Assembly: GCF_018977255.1 (NCBI RefSeq)
Contig: NW_024704743.1
Coordinates: 115,260,001 to 115,324,000, forward strand
Source: Callorhinchus milii
Lineage: Eukaryota
Direction: 5' to 3'
Length of the DNA: 64,000 nt
The notes under the pieces are model-generated. The model saw only the letters and a program-made list of their open reading frames with translations. It had not been told where the DNA came from and did not search any database. Position numbers and translations under genes: made by a program. Each line of letters opens with the position of its first letter. The first letter of the stretch is position 1. Below, piece by piece: positions 12,008-24,154 of the stretch.

Positions 12008-13877
12008 TCAACAACAACAAGATTACATTTGTATAGTGCCTTTCACGTTGGGAGAACGTCCCAAGGCACTGAACAGAGTACAGCATTTCAGACCTGAGCT
12101 GGAGTTGGGGGGGGGTAAGGGAGGGAGATGAAGGGGCTGACCAATGGCATGGTCGAAGAGGAGGATCTTGAGGCGGGAGGCCAAGGAAGGGATGAGGCAG
12201 AGTGACTGGGGATGGAATTCCAGAGGCTGGGGACAGAGTGGCTGAAGGCTCTCCCACCAATGATGGGGCGGGTGGGTTAGGGGACGTGGAGCAGGCCAGA
12301 GCCGGCTGAGCGGAGGGAACGGCCAGACTGGTAGGGGGTTAGGAGATCGCAGAGGTAGGATGGGGTGAGGCCATGGAGGGCTTTGTATGTGAGGACCAGG
12401 ATCTTGAACTGGATCCTCTGAAGGATATGGAGCCAGTGGAGTCGGGCGAGAGTGGGGGAGATGCGGTCACAGAGTTTGGTGCGGGAGAGGACACGGGCTA
12501 CAGAGTTCTGGATTATCTGCAGCCTGTGGAGGGAGGAGTTGGGAAGGCCAACAAGAAGGGCATTTGCATAGTCGAGCCTGGAGGTGATGAAGGCATGAAC
12601 AAGAGTTTCAGCGGCCTGAGGGGTGAGGTAGTGGCGGAGTCGGGCAATGTTACGGAGGTGAAGGAAGGCAGAGCGAGTCATGGCTTGAATGTGGGGGAGA
12701 AAAGACAGTTGAGGGTCGAACAAGACACCTAGGTTCCTGACTGGCTGGTGAGTTGTAGTGTGCAACCATGGAGGTTGATGCTGCCAGAGCCTGAGGTGCT
12801 GAGGCGATGGCGTGAGCCAAGCAGGAGGGTCTCAGTCTTGTTCACATTCAACTGTAGGAAATTTGCCCTCATCCAGGACTTGATGTCTGACAGGCAGTCT
12901 GTCAGGGCAGCAGTGGTCCTGGAGTTGCGGGTGGAGGCAGAAAGATAGAGTTGGGTGTCATCCGCATATATGTGGAAGTTGACCCCATGTCTGCGGATGA
13001 TGTCACCAAGGGGGAGCATGTAGATATTAAAGAGGAGAGGGCCAAGAATAGAGCCCTTGGGACCGCCAGACATGACAGTGCGGGGGCTGGAGGAGAAACC
13101 GTTAGAGGCAATAAAGTGGAGACGGTGAGAGAGATAGAAATCGAACCAGGCAAGAGCAGATCCGTGAAGATTGAGTAAAGCAGAGAGGCAGTGTATGAGG
13201 ATGGAGTGGTCGACAGTGTTGAAGGCAGCAGAGATGTCAAGGAGGACAAGGAGGCAGAGGGAGCCCTGATCACAGATGTTCAGAATATCATTAGTGACTT
13301 TGACCAGGGCTGTTTCCATGCTGTGGGCAGCGCGGAAGCCAGATTGGAGAGGTTCAAAGAGGGAATGGCGAGAGAGGAGCGGAGCTGGGATGTGACGACT
13401 TGTTCCAGGACCTTGGAGAGGAATGGGAGGTTAGAGATGGGGCGGTAGCTGGAGAGGAGGGATGGATCCAGGGAAGGNTTTTTTTCAGGATGGGGGTGAT
13501 GACAGCTGTTTTTAGGGGGTGGCAACTGAACCGGTGGACAGGGAGAGGTTAATGACATCGGACAGGAGGGGGGCCAGAAGGTGGATCTGGGAGACGAGGA
13601 GTTTGGTGGGGATGGGATCGAGGGAGCAGGTGGTGGGTTTGAGTTTGTGGACAGTCATGGTGAGGGAGGAGGAAGAGATAGGGTTGGAGTATAGTGGGGG
13701 ATGGGTGGGGGGTGGGTCATGAAGGAGAGGTGATGTGGGGTGGCTGTGGACGGGGCTGAACGTATCCCCTTGATTTTAGATTCGAGGAAGTCCAGCATCT
13801 CCTCACAATTGTAGTTTGAGGAGAGGATGGGCAAGGTATGGGAAGGTGGACGGAGGAGACAGTTAGTGGTGGAAAAG
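12008..13877 (-). mobile_element. 5'-truncated L2 LINE (RT domain, frameshifted)
   Basis: YRPISNLPFLSKVLE, GSILGPLLF, YADD and LHWL..QRIQFK motifs across several frames. 3' tail and (TTG)n at 12008-12075. Confidence 0.92.
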
Positions 13878-14460
13878 ATTACATTTTTACATTTGTAAAG
13901 TGCCTTTCACGTCGGAAGGATGTCCCAAGGCGCTGAACAGTCGGGGATCAGCACCCGAGCATGGGGAGCAGGGTTGGGTTGAGGGAGGGCAGAAAGGTAG
14001 GAGGGCGGCTGAAGACACAGTCGAAAAGCAGGGTCTTGCGTCATGCCTTGAAGGAGACAAGGGAGGGGGCAAGGCGAATTGTGGGATTGAGTTCCAAATG
14101 GTGGTGGTAGAGCGGCTGAAAGCCCGGCCGCCGATGGTAGGGTGCGTTGGGCGGGAGACATGGAGCAGGCCGGAGCCTGCTGAAGGAGGGAGCAGACAGT
14201 TTGATGGGGGTCAGCAGGTCAGAGAAGTAGGAGGGGGCAAGGCTGTGGAAGGTCTTGAAAGTGAGGACGAGGATTTCGAATTCTATCCTTGAGGGATGGG
14301 GAGCCAGTGGAGCCGGGCAAGAGTGGGGGTGATGGGGGTCACGGGGCCTGGAGCCTGGGGAGAGGACATGAGCTGCAGAGCTCTGGATGATCTGCAGCTT
14401 GTGGAGGGAAGAGTTGGGGAGGCCGACATGAGGGAGTTTCTGTAGCCTTGAAGTGACGAA
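13878..14460 (-). mobile_element. L2 LINE 3' fragment
   Basis: ORF2 C-terminus (GLPNSSLHKLQIIQ, RIEFEILVLTFK) plus conserved tail. Confidence 0.88.
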
Positions 14461-14764
14461 TGTTAGGTGAATGACTGATTTTATCTGGGGGATTGTCAGC
14501 CAGGACACCAATGGAAACTCCTTCTCTTTTTCTAACAGTGCCAGTTAAAGTTCCGTGGCACTGTTTGAAAAAGAGAAGGGAGTTTTTACCGGAGTCCTGG
14601 CTGTCAATCACCCATGTAAATTAGTTGTTCACTTCATGGCTGTTTGTGGGCCATTACTGAGGGCAAGTTGGCTACCACGTTTGTCTATAAAATACACAAT
14701 CCTACGCTTTAAATCCTAAAGAAAGAAAAAGAAACTCATATTTTTACAGCACTGACAACATTGA

Positions 14765-15187
14765 AATATAATACAAAATTACATTTGTAAAGCGTTTTTC
14801 TTGTGGGGAGGACATCCCAGGGCACTGAACAGTCGGGGATCAGGACCCGAGCGTGGGGTGGGCAGGGTTGAGATGAGGGAGGACAGAGGGATTAGGAGGG
14901 CGGTTGAAGGCACAGTCGAAAAGGAGTCGTGACTTGAAGAAGGCAAGGGAAGGAGCAAGGTGAAGGGTTTGTGAGATCGAGTTGCAAAGGGTGGGGGCAG
15001 AGAGGCTGAAAGCCCGGCCGATGGAGTGGGAGACATGGAGCAGGCTGGAGCCTGCTGAGTAGGAGGAGCGGAGAGGTTGATAGGGGGTCAGCAGGTCAGA
15101 GATGTAGGAGGGGGCAAGGCCATGGAGACCCTTGAAGGTGAGGATGAGGGATGGGGAGTCAGTGGAGCCGAGCGAGAGTGGGGGTGA
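14765..15187 (-). mobile_element. L2 LINE 3' fragment with internal deletions
   Basis: Homologous to 13878-14340, with the same 3' UTR type and tail. Confidence 0.82.
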
Positions 15188-15520
15188 AACCTGTCTAATA
15201 TTAATCTCCCTAACCCAGGGAAGGTCAAGGCCAAATTAGCCTCCTCATTCAGGCCCAGTGAGATCAGAAAATCCAGCGTATATCAGGATTTGAATCCGTG
15301 CTTTGAGACATTTCAGCAACATGATAAGGTGCTATATCAAATGTAAGGATTATTATTATTATTATACTGTATTATTACAACAACCACAACTTGCATTTAT
15401 ATAGCGTTCTTCACGTGGGGTAGCATCCTAAAGTGCTTACTTTGCTTCATTGCTTAGATCTTGAACTAAAATGATTTTTTTTTTGTCACTGATCTCAGCA
15501 GGACACACAGACGCCTGACT

Positions 15521-16588
15521 ATGCAGTCCACCACAGCCCAGCCGCATCTTGCCAATGTGACCTCTATCGTCCCTGAACACAACAACAGCGCCACTCACCT
15601 CCAGAAGGAGGCCTATCTGCATAAGCTGGCGCACCTGGATGAGTCTCTGTACAATGAGTACTACAGTCTGTGGCTGGCCCTGATGATCATTAACCTCCTC
15701 ATGTTTGTGGTGGGCGTGGTGCTCAACAGTATCGCGTTGTACGTCTTCTGCTTCCGCACCAAGACCAAGACCACGTCGGTCATTTACACCATCAACCTGG
15801 CGATCACTGACCTGATGGTGGGCTTCTCCCTGCCAACGAGAATCGTCATGTACTACAGCGGAGGCAACTGCCTGACCTGCTCCTTTGTGCACATCTTCAG
15901 CTATTTTGTGAACATGTACTGCAGCATCCTGTTCCTCACCTGCATCTGCGTGGACAGATACCTGGCCATAGTCCAAGTGGAAGCCTCGCGCAAGTGGAGG
16001 AACCCTCACTATGCCAAAGGCATCTCTGTTTTTATCTGGCTCTTTGCCATTGTAGTCACCTACTCCATACTGACCACTGCAATCAAGTACGCCTCCTGCT
16101 GCCTCTCCAAGTTCTTCGCCCTGACCATGTTCGAGTACTTCTTACCTCTGGTTGTCATCACAGTCTTTACCATCAGGATCATGTGCGCTCTGGCCAAGCC
16201 CAACCTGATGCATCAGAGCCGGGAGAGGCGCATGAGAGCGGTCCAGCTCCTGCTCACCGTCCTGCTCATCTTCATGATCTGCTTCACTCCCTTTCACGTC
16301 CGGCAGGTCATGAGCTACGTCAAGCCGGACATCCCCCGCCACATCAGCCTGATCGTGTACCACGTCACAGTCACCCTGAGCAGCCTCAACAGCTGCCTGG
16401 ACCCCGTGGTCTACTGCTTCGTCACCAACAACTTTCAGTCCACCATGAGGAGCATCTTCTTCAAGGCTGAGCTGGAGCAAACCAGCGGAGATATCATGAG
16501 CGCCCAGAAGAACTCCAAGGCATCGGTGCCGGCATCAACAATTGCGAGCCTGACAGTGAACGGCCCTGCAATGAACAGTGAGCAGTGA
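15521..16588 (+). CDS. GPR20: G protein-coupled receptor 20 (class A orphan GPCR), 355 aa, intronless CDS
   Basis: Seven hydrophobic segments, DRY (CVDRYLAIV), CFTPFH in TM6 and DPVVY in TM7. Segments SVIYTINL..TDL.VG.SLPTR and YHVTVTLSSLNSC match recalled GPR20. Acceptor (T)11..ctcAG/cAG at 15498/15501. Neighbour SLC45A4 fits the known synteny. Confidence 0.95.
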   Translation: MQSTTAQPHLANVTSIVPEHNNSATHLQKEAYLHKLAHLDESLYNEYYSLWLALMIINLLMFVVGVVLNSIALYVFCFRTKTKTTSVIYTINLAITDLMVGFSLPTRIVMYYSGGNCLTCSFVHIFSYFVNMYCSILFLTCICVDRYLAIVQVEASRKWRNPHYAKGISVFIWLFAIVVTYSILTTAIKYASCCLSKFFALTMFEYFLPLVVITVFTIRIMCALAKPNLMHQSRERRMRAVQLLLTVLLIFMICFTPFHVRQVMSYVKPDIPRHISLIVYHVTVTLSSLNSCLDPVVYCFVTNNFQSTMRSIFFKAELEQTSGDIMSAQKNSKASVPASTIASLTVNGPAMNSEQ

Positions 16589-17273
16589 AGGCATGAGGGG
16601 AATGGTGAGAAGGAGAAGTAATGTCAGAGAGAGAGAATAAAATTGGGTTTGCTAGGCATGTTTTGTGTTTCAGTGCAAGATCACGCTGCGAGATTTGAGG
16701 CAAGGTTAGCTCATGATCTATTTATGCAGACAAGAACAACTGCAGAAGACCTGGCCTCATGTTTAGCTTCATTAGCTGAAAGCCAACCCGGTGTTTGCAG
16801 ATGGAGACAGGTCAAACAATGAATGCCTTGATGCCTCTGGTTTATAAGATCTCGGGCCCCCAGCCAATGTGCAATGGAAAATTCTTGTTCCCCTTGTAAA
16901 TACCACAATCCAGGTTGAATGAGTGCCACAAGTTTGCAGGCCCATCCATTCTTGCTTCCCACACTCAAGTGTGGTGTGTAGGTGCGTGCGCCACCTGTAT
17001 AAAAATGTGGAACGTATTTTCATAGAATAGTAGGGGCAGAAATCTGCGATATTCCTTAAGACGAGGTATCTATTAAGGAATCACCACAAATTTCTTATAA
17101 CACAGAAAGAGGCCATCGTGCCTTTGTCCATCTCTCTCCGAAGAAGCTTTCTCTCTTATTTATTCATTTCAAACATTTTACCACAAATTCATAAAGTTCT
17201 CTGGGTTCACAAGCAATGATCACATGGCTTGGTGCAGACAGGAGGAGTGTGTGTGGCTATAAGGCAATACACT

Positions 17274-17575
17274 TGTCAGCCTGACTCAGTTGGTAGCAAT
17301 GAACAAAACACAAAATGTTGCATATGCTGGAAATCTGAAACAAAAACAGAGGGAGCTGGGAAAACTCAGCAGGTCAGGCAGCATCTATGGAGAAAGGAAA
17401 GTGAGACCACGACCCTTCGTCAGAACACCGACAACGGGTTGTAGACCCGAAATGTCACTTTCCTTTCTCCATAGTTGTTGTCTGACCTGATGAGTTTTCC
17501 CACCTCTCTTTGTTTTTGTTTCAGTTGGTAGCAATCTTGCCTCGGAGTCAAAAATTGAGGACTCAAGCTCCATTT
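17274..17575 (+). mobile_element. Head of older Deu-type SINE, interrupted by an insertion
   Basis: tgtcagcctgactcagttggtagcaat | cttgcctcggagtcaaaa matches the head at 37228 and, reverse-complemented, at 21405. Confidence 0.65.
17301..17520. mobile_element. Fold-back Penelope-like terminal-repeat element with two decayed hammerhead cores
   Basis: Arms 17335-17404 and 17455-17524 are near-perfect reverse complements. Flanked by the 15-bp direct repeat TCAGTTGGTAGCAAT (17286-17300, 17521-17535). Homologous to 29108-29208. Confidence 0.75.
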
Positions 17576-19169
17576 CAGGAATTTACTGAAACACAACTAT
17601 TTTTTCCCAGTTAAAAATCAGAGGCAAGATTTTTAATATTGAAAATAGTTTGATAACTGCAAATTGCGTAAGAGTTATTACGCATTTTTTGTACATAGTC
17701 TGTAAACAACATGCGCAAACCATATGTGTAAACTCATAGGAAGTATAAGATGTAGAAATGAAGTGATTATATTTTGACTGGGAGGCAAGATGTCTATGTT
17801 GGCAAAGACCTAAATATGCTCTCAACCTTCAGGTTTGTAAATACATTAATTTCTACACTGTAAAATATTGCACGGCAGGTTAGAATATAATCGTTGTAAG
17901 CCTGTCATTTTAGGTTTGAAAATGCATTATTTGTAGTGAAATGAAAATGATGATCTCGGACTCCTTTTTTATTTTTCGGGCTGCTTCTTGGCTCAGCAAA
18001 GATCAGAAAACCGATGTATCAGGAATTAATACTCTGGCCACAAAATGGCCTTTGGGGCAATCCTTACTCTGATTTTTTTTTAAATCAAATTTTGTGGCAT
18101 ATCCCAAAATAAAGCTATGAAGCACAGCCCATATAACAGAGTCATATTATCAACAGCTATTATACTGTATGTCCCACATTGTACCTATGTGGCTTTCTCT
18201 TCAGATCAGGAAACGTCGATCAAATGCAGCTGTGGCTACAACTAGCAATATAATAATAACATTATAATATGGTGCTGGTTGAAGTAAATTGACAATTGCA
18301 TTGTGTAAAATCAAAATTCTTCTACCTTCACAAAATATAACAGACCCTGACCCATCCAAGACCCAACCAGCCTCCCATCAAAATATGTTTAATTACTATT
18401 AGCAGAAAGTGGATCATTAATATATGTCATCCAAGTTTGTGGATCACTCACTCCTTGTTCCAGAGTATCTATCTCCCCATGTACTTCACTAACTCAACAA
18501 ATACTTCGACGGCAAGATTGGTGTAAAAAAATCATATGGCTTGTAATATTTTGAAAAGCACTGCCATTGCTGGTGCAATTTTTGTACACACATGGGTTAA
18601 TTTAGAGTTGGATTAATAAAGATATCAATTTTATGCTACAACCATTTGTCTGAAGTTTACAGTGATTAATAAAGAAGAAAAATGATGTGGGACAGTGTCA
18701 ATGGAACTTCAGATTCACAAAGACAACAAAATGTATTCAGCCACTAAGAATAAATTGTGGAAATTCTTTGTATGAAAGGCAGAAAGGGTGGACTGGGTTT
18801 CAATGCCTTATGACACATATGAAATGTCTCAACGTGTTTCATAGGATTCATTGTAATGTGTAGTGACTGTCTATTCATGTGAAAATGCAGTTGTGAATTT
18901 ACTCACGGAAAATTCCTAAATGTCCTAAAAACAATCCATGTGCAACGATAATAATCCTTGCAATTATTATCAGTGGTTTAACTATCACCGCAAGCTTTAT
19001 CCTTGTGTTTCAATTGGGCAAAATCAGCAGCAGCATGAATAGTGATAAACGTCTGAAAGAGCTTAAGAGTGACAATATAAAGCACCAAGGAGAGTGAAGG
19101 GAGATTTTAAAAACATTGCCTAAAATCATGGTCAAAGTGGGTTTTCAAAGTGGAATCAAATAAACTTAC

Positions 19170-19545
19170 AAAAGGAAACCATCCAGCCTCTTTGAAAGAG
19201 CTATCCAACTAATCTCACTCCCCTCGTCTTACCCTATAGCCCTGCAAATCTTTCCTTTTCAAACACCTATCCAATTTGAATCTGCTTCCATCACCCTTTC
19301 AGGAAGTGTACTTCAAAAAAAATTCTCCTCATCTCCCCTCTGGTTCTTTTACCAATTATCTTAAATCTGTGTTTTCTGATTACTGACCAGAGAAAACAGT
19401 TTCTCCCAATCTACTCTATCAAAACTCCTCATAATTTTGAACACCTCTATTAAATCTCCCCTCCAACTTCTCTGCTCTAAGGAGAACAATCCCAACCTCT
19501 CTAGTCGCTCTACATAATTGAAGTCCCTCATCCCTGGTATTATTC
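19170..19545 (-). mobile_element. CR1 LINE 3' fragment
   Basis: IIPGMRDFNYVERLERLGLFSLEQRSWRGDLIEVFKIM. Confidence 0.88.
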
Positions 19546-19599
19546 TCAAAGGTAACAAAGTGCAAAGATTTTGGAAGAACATTTCAGAGAACAGGGCAT

Positions 19600-19910
19600 G
19601 AACCGACAGGGTGAAATGTTGGGCAAGTTTCCTACACCACATGCCTCTATTTGTCTAACAGTAATTAGGAACCCGGTTGTTAGTCGATTATTGGATCGCT
19701 TTTCCGGGGGTAATAATTCCTTAAAAAATAATAATAAATTGGTCATTTCAAACCATGACTGTTTGTGTGCTGTGTGCAATTGGCCACCTCGTTTCACCAA
19801 CAAAACATACAGTCAATTCACTTTGCAGTATATTCTGTGAAGTGTTTTGAGACGTCTCGAAGATGTGATAAGGCATTATATCAAATGCAAGGATTGTTAT
19901 TATCATTATA
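19600..19910 (+). mobile_element. Young SINE (long variant), 5' truncated
   Basis: Matches the 8039 family and carries the long-variant segment. Confidence 0.82.
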
Positions 19911-20979
19911 ATTGAAGGCTTGGCCACCAATTGTGGGCAGAGCAAAGAGTGAGCTGTTGGCCAGAATTGGAAGAGGATAGGTTAGAAGCCAGGAGAATCA
20001 TACACTAAGTCAGCCTACTTCCTTGTGCATCAACCCAGAAATGTTCTTTTGTGGAAAGTCTGCTGCCAAAGGACCAGCACTATGATGTTCATTGTATAAT
20101 CCAGAGATAATGTAGCCTGGAATAATGGGATCATGAGCCACAGATCATGTACAGTTTATACAGTCCTGGACTCTACCCAACTTATAAAATCTCTTTAGAG
20201 CAGGAAATAACCAAGAGTAAACCTTCCAAGAAGATAAACGCTCTGTGAAATTTATCCGCAACTTTTAAAAATGATCTGAAATAGTGCTAGGATGTGAGTC
20301 TAGAACTATGGTCCATATGACTGGATTCTCCAGTCTTGGGCAATTTCTGCTCATAGTCCCAGCAATATCCATAATTAGGGTAAAATTTGCAATGTTTGAT
20401 AATGCGTTCAAGGTGTTAGTTAACATGAGATACATGTTATGAAATGATGCAATTTTACCCAGTGTTTTAAAGCTTGTTTGCCTTGCCCAACCCTCGCCAG
20501 TCTCCCCTGGCTCCATCCTTTCCACAATAATAATAATCCTTGCATTTGATATCCTTTTGCATGTCCCTTGTGCCTTCCATTCCTTAGTGGCCACCTTTTC
20601 AGTCACTATGCCCCGAAACTCTGGGACCTCTATCCACCTTGCCACCTCCTTCGCCATCGTCAGGTCGCACCTGAAGACCTTTCTATTTGACTGTTCCTGT
20701 GGTCACCTCGCCCTAGGCCAGCATTACTTACAAAAGAAAATCACACACTGAGAGAAATAAACAAAAGTCAAGAACTGCAAGATCAAAAAGATAAATGCAG
20801 ATTGGTACTGGGATAGGACTTGAGGAAATGAGCCAAATAACAGACAGCAGCATCATGCTTTAATTTTCTCTCTTTCCCCCTCTCATAAGCGCTAACAACT
20901 TAATTATGCCTAACAGTACATGGAGTCCTAACTTAGTGTAAGAATAGTTCAACAAACCTATCACTAATAATACATTAAC

Positions 20980-21405
20980 AAAGCATCTTTCACATCAGGA
21001 AGACTTCTCAAAACGCTTCACAGCATATATTGTAAAATGTGGAGACTGTGTATTATATAGGTGAATGTGGCAGCCAATTTGCTCACGGCAAATGTCCCAC
21101 AAACAGCCATGAAGTGAATGACAAATTTTATTTGGATGATTGTTGGTCAAGACACTGGAAGAAACTCGCTTCTGTTTTTGAATAGTGCCATGAGATCTTC
21201 AACGTCCACCTGAACAAGCACAAGCAGACCGCACCTTGGTTTAACGTGTCATCTGAAGGATAGTACCATTGACAATGCAGGGCACTCCCAGCACTGTATT
21301 GGAGTGTCTTCCTAGAAAGTATGAGTTCCAAGTCCCAAAGTGGGACTTCAATCCACAACCTTCTGACACAGAGGCTAGAGTGTTACCAACTGAGTCAAGC
21401 TGACA
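20980..21405 (-). mobile_element. Older tRNA-headed Deu-domain SINE (SacSINE1/AmnSINE-like), near full length
   Basis: Reverse complement reads tgtcagcttgactcagttggtaac...gatgacacgttaaaccaagg...caggtggacgttgaagatctcatggcactattc...ctgtttgtgggac, matching 37228-37612. Confidence 0.8.
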
Positions 21406-23362
21406 TACTAAGCACTCAAATCAGCGTAGGAGGAGCTGGGGTGTTTACTGGGCAGGGAGGTTGAGTAATCGAGTCTGGATGTGACGAAGGCAATGTAACA
21501 GTATCAGCAGCCTGCGAGTGAGTTACCTGTTGAGCCAATGGATATTGTGGAGGTGAGCGAAAGCACAGCTAGCCTAGATTTGTGGTTTGAGAGGATAGTT
21601 GGGGGTCGAGCAAGAAAACCAAAATTTCGCTCCTGATCCATGAGGTGAAGACCCAGCAGGTCAATGTTGCCACACTTTGATGAGGAGACACTGACAGGAG
21701 CCAAGCAAGAGAGCCTCACAATTACTGATATTGAAATATAGAAAGTTAGAAGGCATCCAGGGCTTGGTGTCTGACAGGCAATCAATCAGACCACTGTTAG
21801 CGCCCCCTACTGGTATTCTGTGAAGTATTTCTTCAATAAGTTGAGAAATACTTTAAGGAACAGTGCAAGTTTTCCCCCTACATTTTTTCTATGTTAATAT
21901 GACAGCTACTGGGAGAAATGGTCCTCGGGAAAATAATTATACCTTTTGTTAAGCCAAGTGTTTTGAGTTATGCTGACAGTCAAAAATGTTGACTTTGCTC
22001 TTGTTACATCATTCTTTTTGCTGCTCTCACTTTGAAGTTGACTGTTTCTGGCATCGAAATGTCTTTTGGTGAATTAACTGACTGCTAGCCAGCCAATAAG
22101 AAATGGATTTTAGTTAACCATCTGCTAATATGGTTTTAAATATTTGAAGGCGGTGTGTTAGAACTAGATACTGAGAGAAGGATGATTGAGGAATGGGAGC
22201 TTAGCTGTGCCTGTATTCTGTGAAGCTATGCTGAACAAATAGTTGGACATGAATTCCCTGTAGGAGTCACCAGAGCATTTTTCTTTAATCGTCAAAGAGC
22301 ATAGGAATGTATCTCTTTCTCGCAAAATCCCTTTACCTCGCACCATCCCGCTTTTCTTTCAAAACCTTTCTAAGTGATTACTTCTTCCACTGTGTCATCT
22401 CCCTCCTACAACTCCGCTCCTCTTTCCCATCTTCCATCCTGCTCATGCTCCTGCTCTGAAAGCCCTTTGAGATGTTAACCTATGTTAAAGGCACTATACA
22501 AGCACAAATTTGCGTTGTTATTGATTAAAGGGTCAGAAAATACTCATGCTCAATACCAAAGTTGAAAAAATAATTTAAAAATCTTGTGGGTATCATTTGC
22601 AGTAACTCCCGATGCTCTCCTAATTAAGCTTAAAAAATTCCTTGTGTTTGATAAAGTGCCTTTCACGTCACCAAACAAGAGTACCACAATTTGGCCACCA
22701 TAGAAACACAGAAACAAGAGAAGGCTATTCAAACCATCGAGCCTGTTCCACCATTTTATAAGAGCAGAGAGTTTCTTTCAATCCAATTTCTTTGCTATTA
22801 CTCAACGACAACAACTTGGATTTATATAGTGCCCTCCACGCCAGACGGCATCTCAGAGCGCTTTACAGTTTAGGATCCCGGGACCGAGCCAGGGGGAAGG
22901 GTGGGAAGGTGACCAAAGGCACGGTCAAAATGAAACGTCTGTACCTGTTAACACACTGGCTAAAGTGAAAACAAAGAGCTTTGTAGGTGGTCATCTACAA
23001 ATACACAGTCACTGCAATCTACTTTACTGTAAATCCTGTGAGCGCTTTGAGACCTCCAATGACGCGATAAGGCGCTGTATCAAATGCAAAAATTATTATT
23101 AGTTACCCGATAATTTTGCACAAAGAGGTTATGAGAAGATGGAAGCCCCAGAAGGCAATAGCAACAGAATCAATTGGGCGCTTAATAGGGAGATTAATAC
23201 CTTTACTTCCCAAGTACCTATCCACCTCCCTTTTGAACATTTTAATCTGCATCTCCTGGAACAATGTATTTTACATGCTCACAAACCTCAGTCTGAAGAA
23301 ATGTCCGCTCGTCTCACTTCTAATCTATTCAACTCTAATTTCTAGACTGACTGTATGTACAG

Positions 23363-23545
23363 TAGCGCTGTCTAACCCAGTGGTCACCTGTATACCAGCC
23401 TTTGAGAAGTTTAGACATAAAGTGACAAAGGATCCATTTCAATCTCGCAAATTGAAATACAGGTTGATTCATCAATGTGGAAGTGGCTACAATTGAAAAG
23501 CAAGATGGTCACAAGTGGCCAGTGGCTACTGGTTGGACAGCACTG
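23363..23545. mobile_element. hAT-type (Charlie/MER3-like) MITE, 183 bp
   Basis: Imperfect TIRs tagcgctgtctaacc / ggttggacagcactg, with an exact 8-bp TSD ATGTACAG at 23355-23362 and 23546-23553. Confidence 0.8.
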
Positions 23546-24063
23546 ATGTACAGTAATAATATCCTGCTGTTAACTCGACTCCTCCATTTCCCTACTTTAC
23601 TTTAAATCCTGGGAAGCACTTTGCGACTTCCAGTGACACTGTATCAAATGCAAGAATTATTATTAGTCACACAATAATTTTATACAAAATTATATTATTA
23701 CTCTATCGAAGAGCATGGCAGGAGGTACCATGTCTCAAAGCTCTACCAGGTGGTCTTGGGTAGATCACCCTCCAGTATTGCCTCCCTCCCCACAGGAAAG
23801 CTCCACTGTTACAAGGCACAATTGAGGTTCCCTGGATTCACTGGGAGCTTCCCCAATTGACCAAAATTGTGTGTGTGTAAACTGCCACCTGCAGCACATG
23901 ATCGGCATTACAGAAATTAGTCTCCCAATTTTACCAAACAAACAAAAGAGAGCGTGGAATTGCTATAAGCTATTTAGTGCATTAAGCCCACTCCTTCCAC
24001 ACAATACATTTACTTACTCTTTGGGTATCGTCCACCACTCGGTCTCCTAGAAAGCAACACATC

Positions 24064-24152
24064 ATACTCCCATAGATATTCTTATAGATACTCCTATGGA
24101 TACCTCAAAACATACTCCAATGAATACTCCTATTGATACTCCCATAACTACT
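24064..24152. repeat. Degenerate 12-bp tandem repeat (gatactcctatn), about 7 units
   Basis: atactcccatag atattcttatag atactcctatgg ... atactccaatga atactcctattg atactcccataa. Confidence 0.7.
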
Positions 24153-24154
24153 CA

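Larger units (their letters stand above)
16589..18640 (+). other. Probable GPR20 3' UTR
   Basis: AT-rich and largely repeat-poor, with AATAAA at 16636, 18109, 18615 and 18668. The site actually used cannot be determined from sequence. Confidence 0.4.

Noticed and set aside
15437..16480. Antisense and alternative-frame ORFs over GPR20 (15437-16009, 15994-16470, 16142-16480)
   Set aside because: Expected shadows of a GC3-rich coding sequence, with no recognisable motifs.
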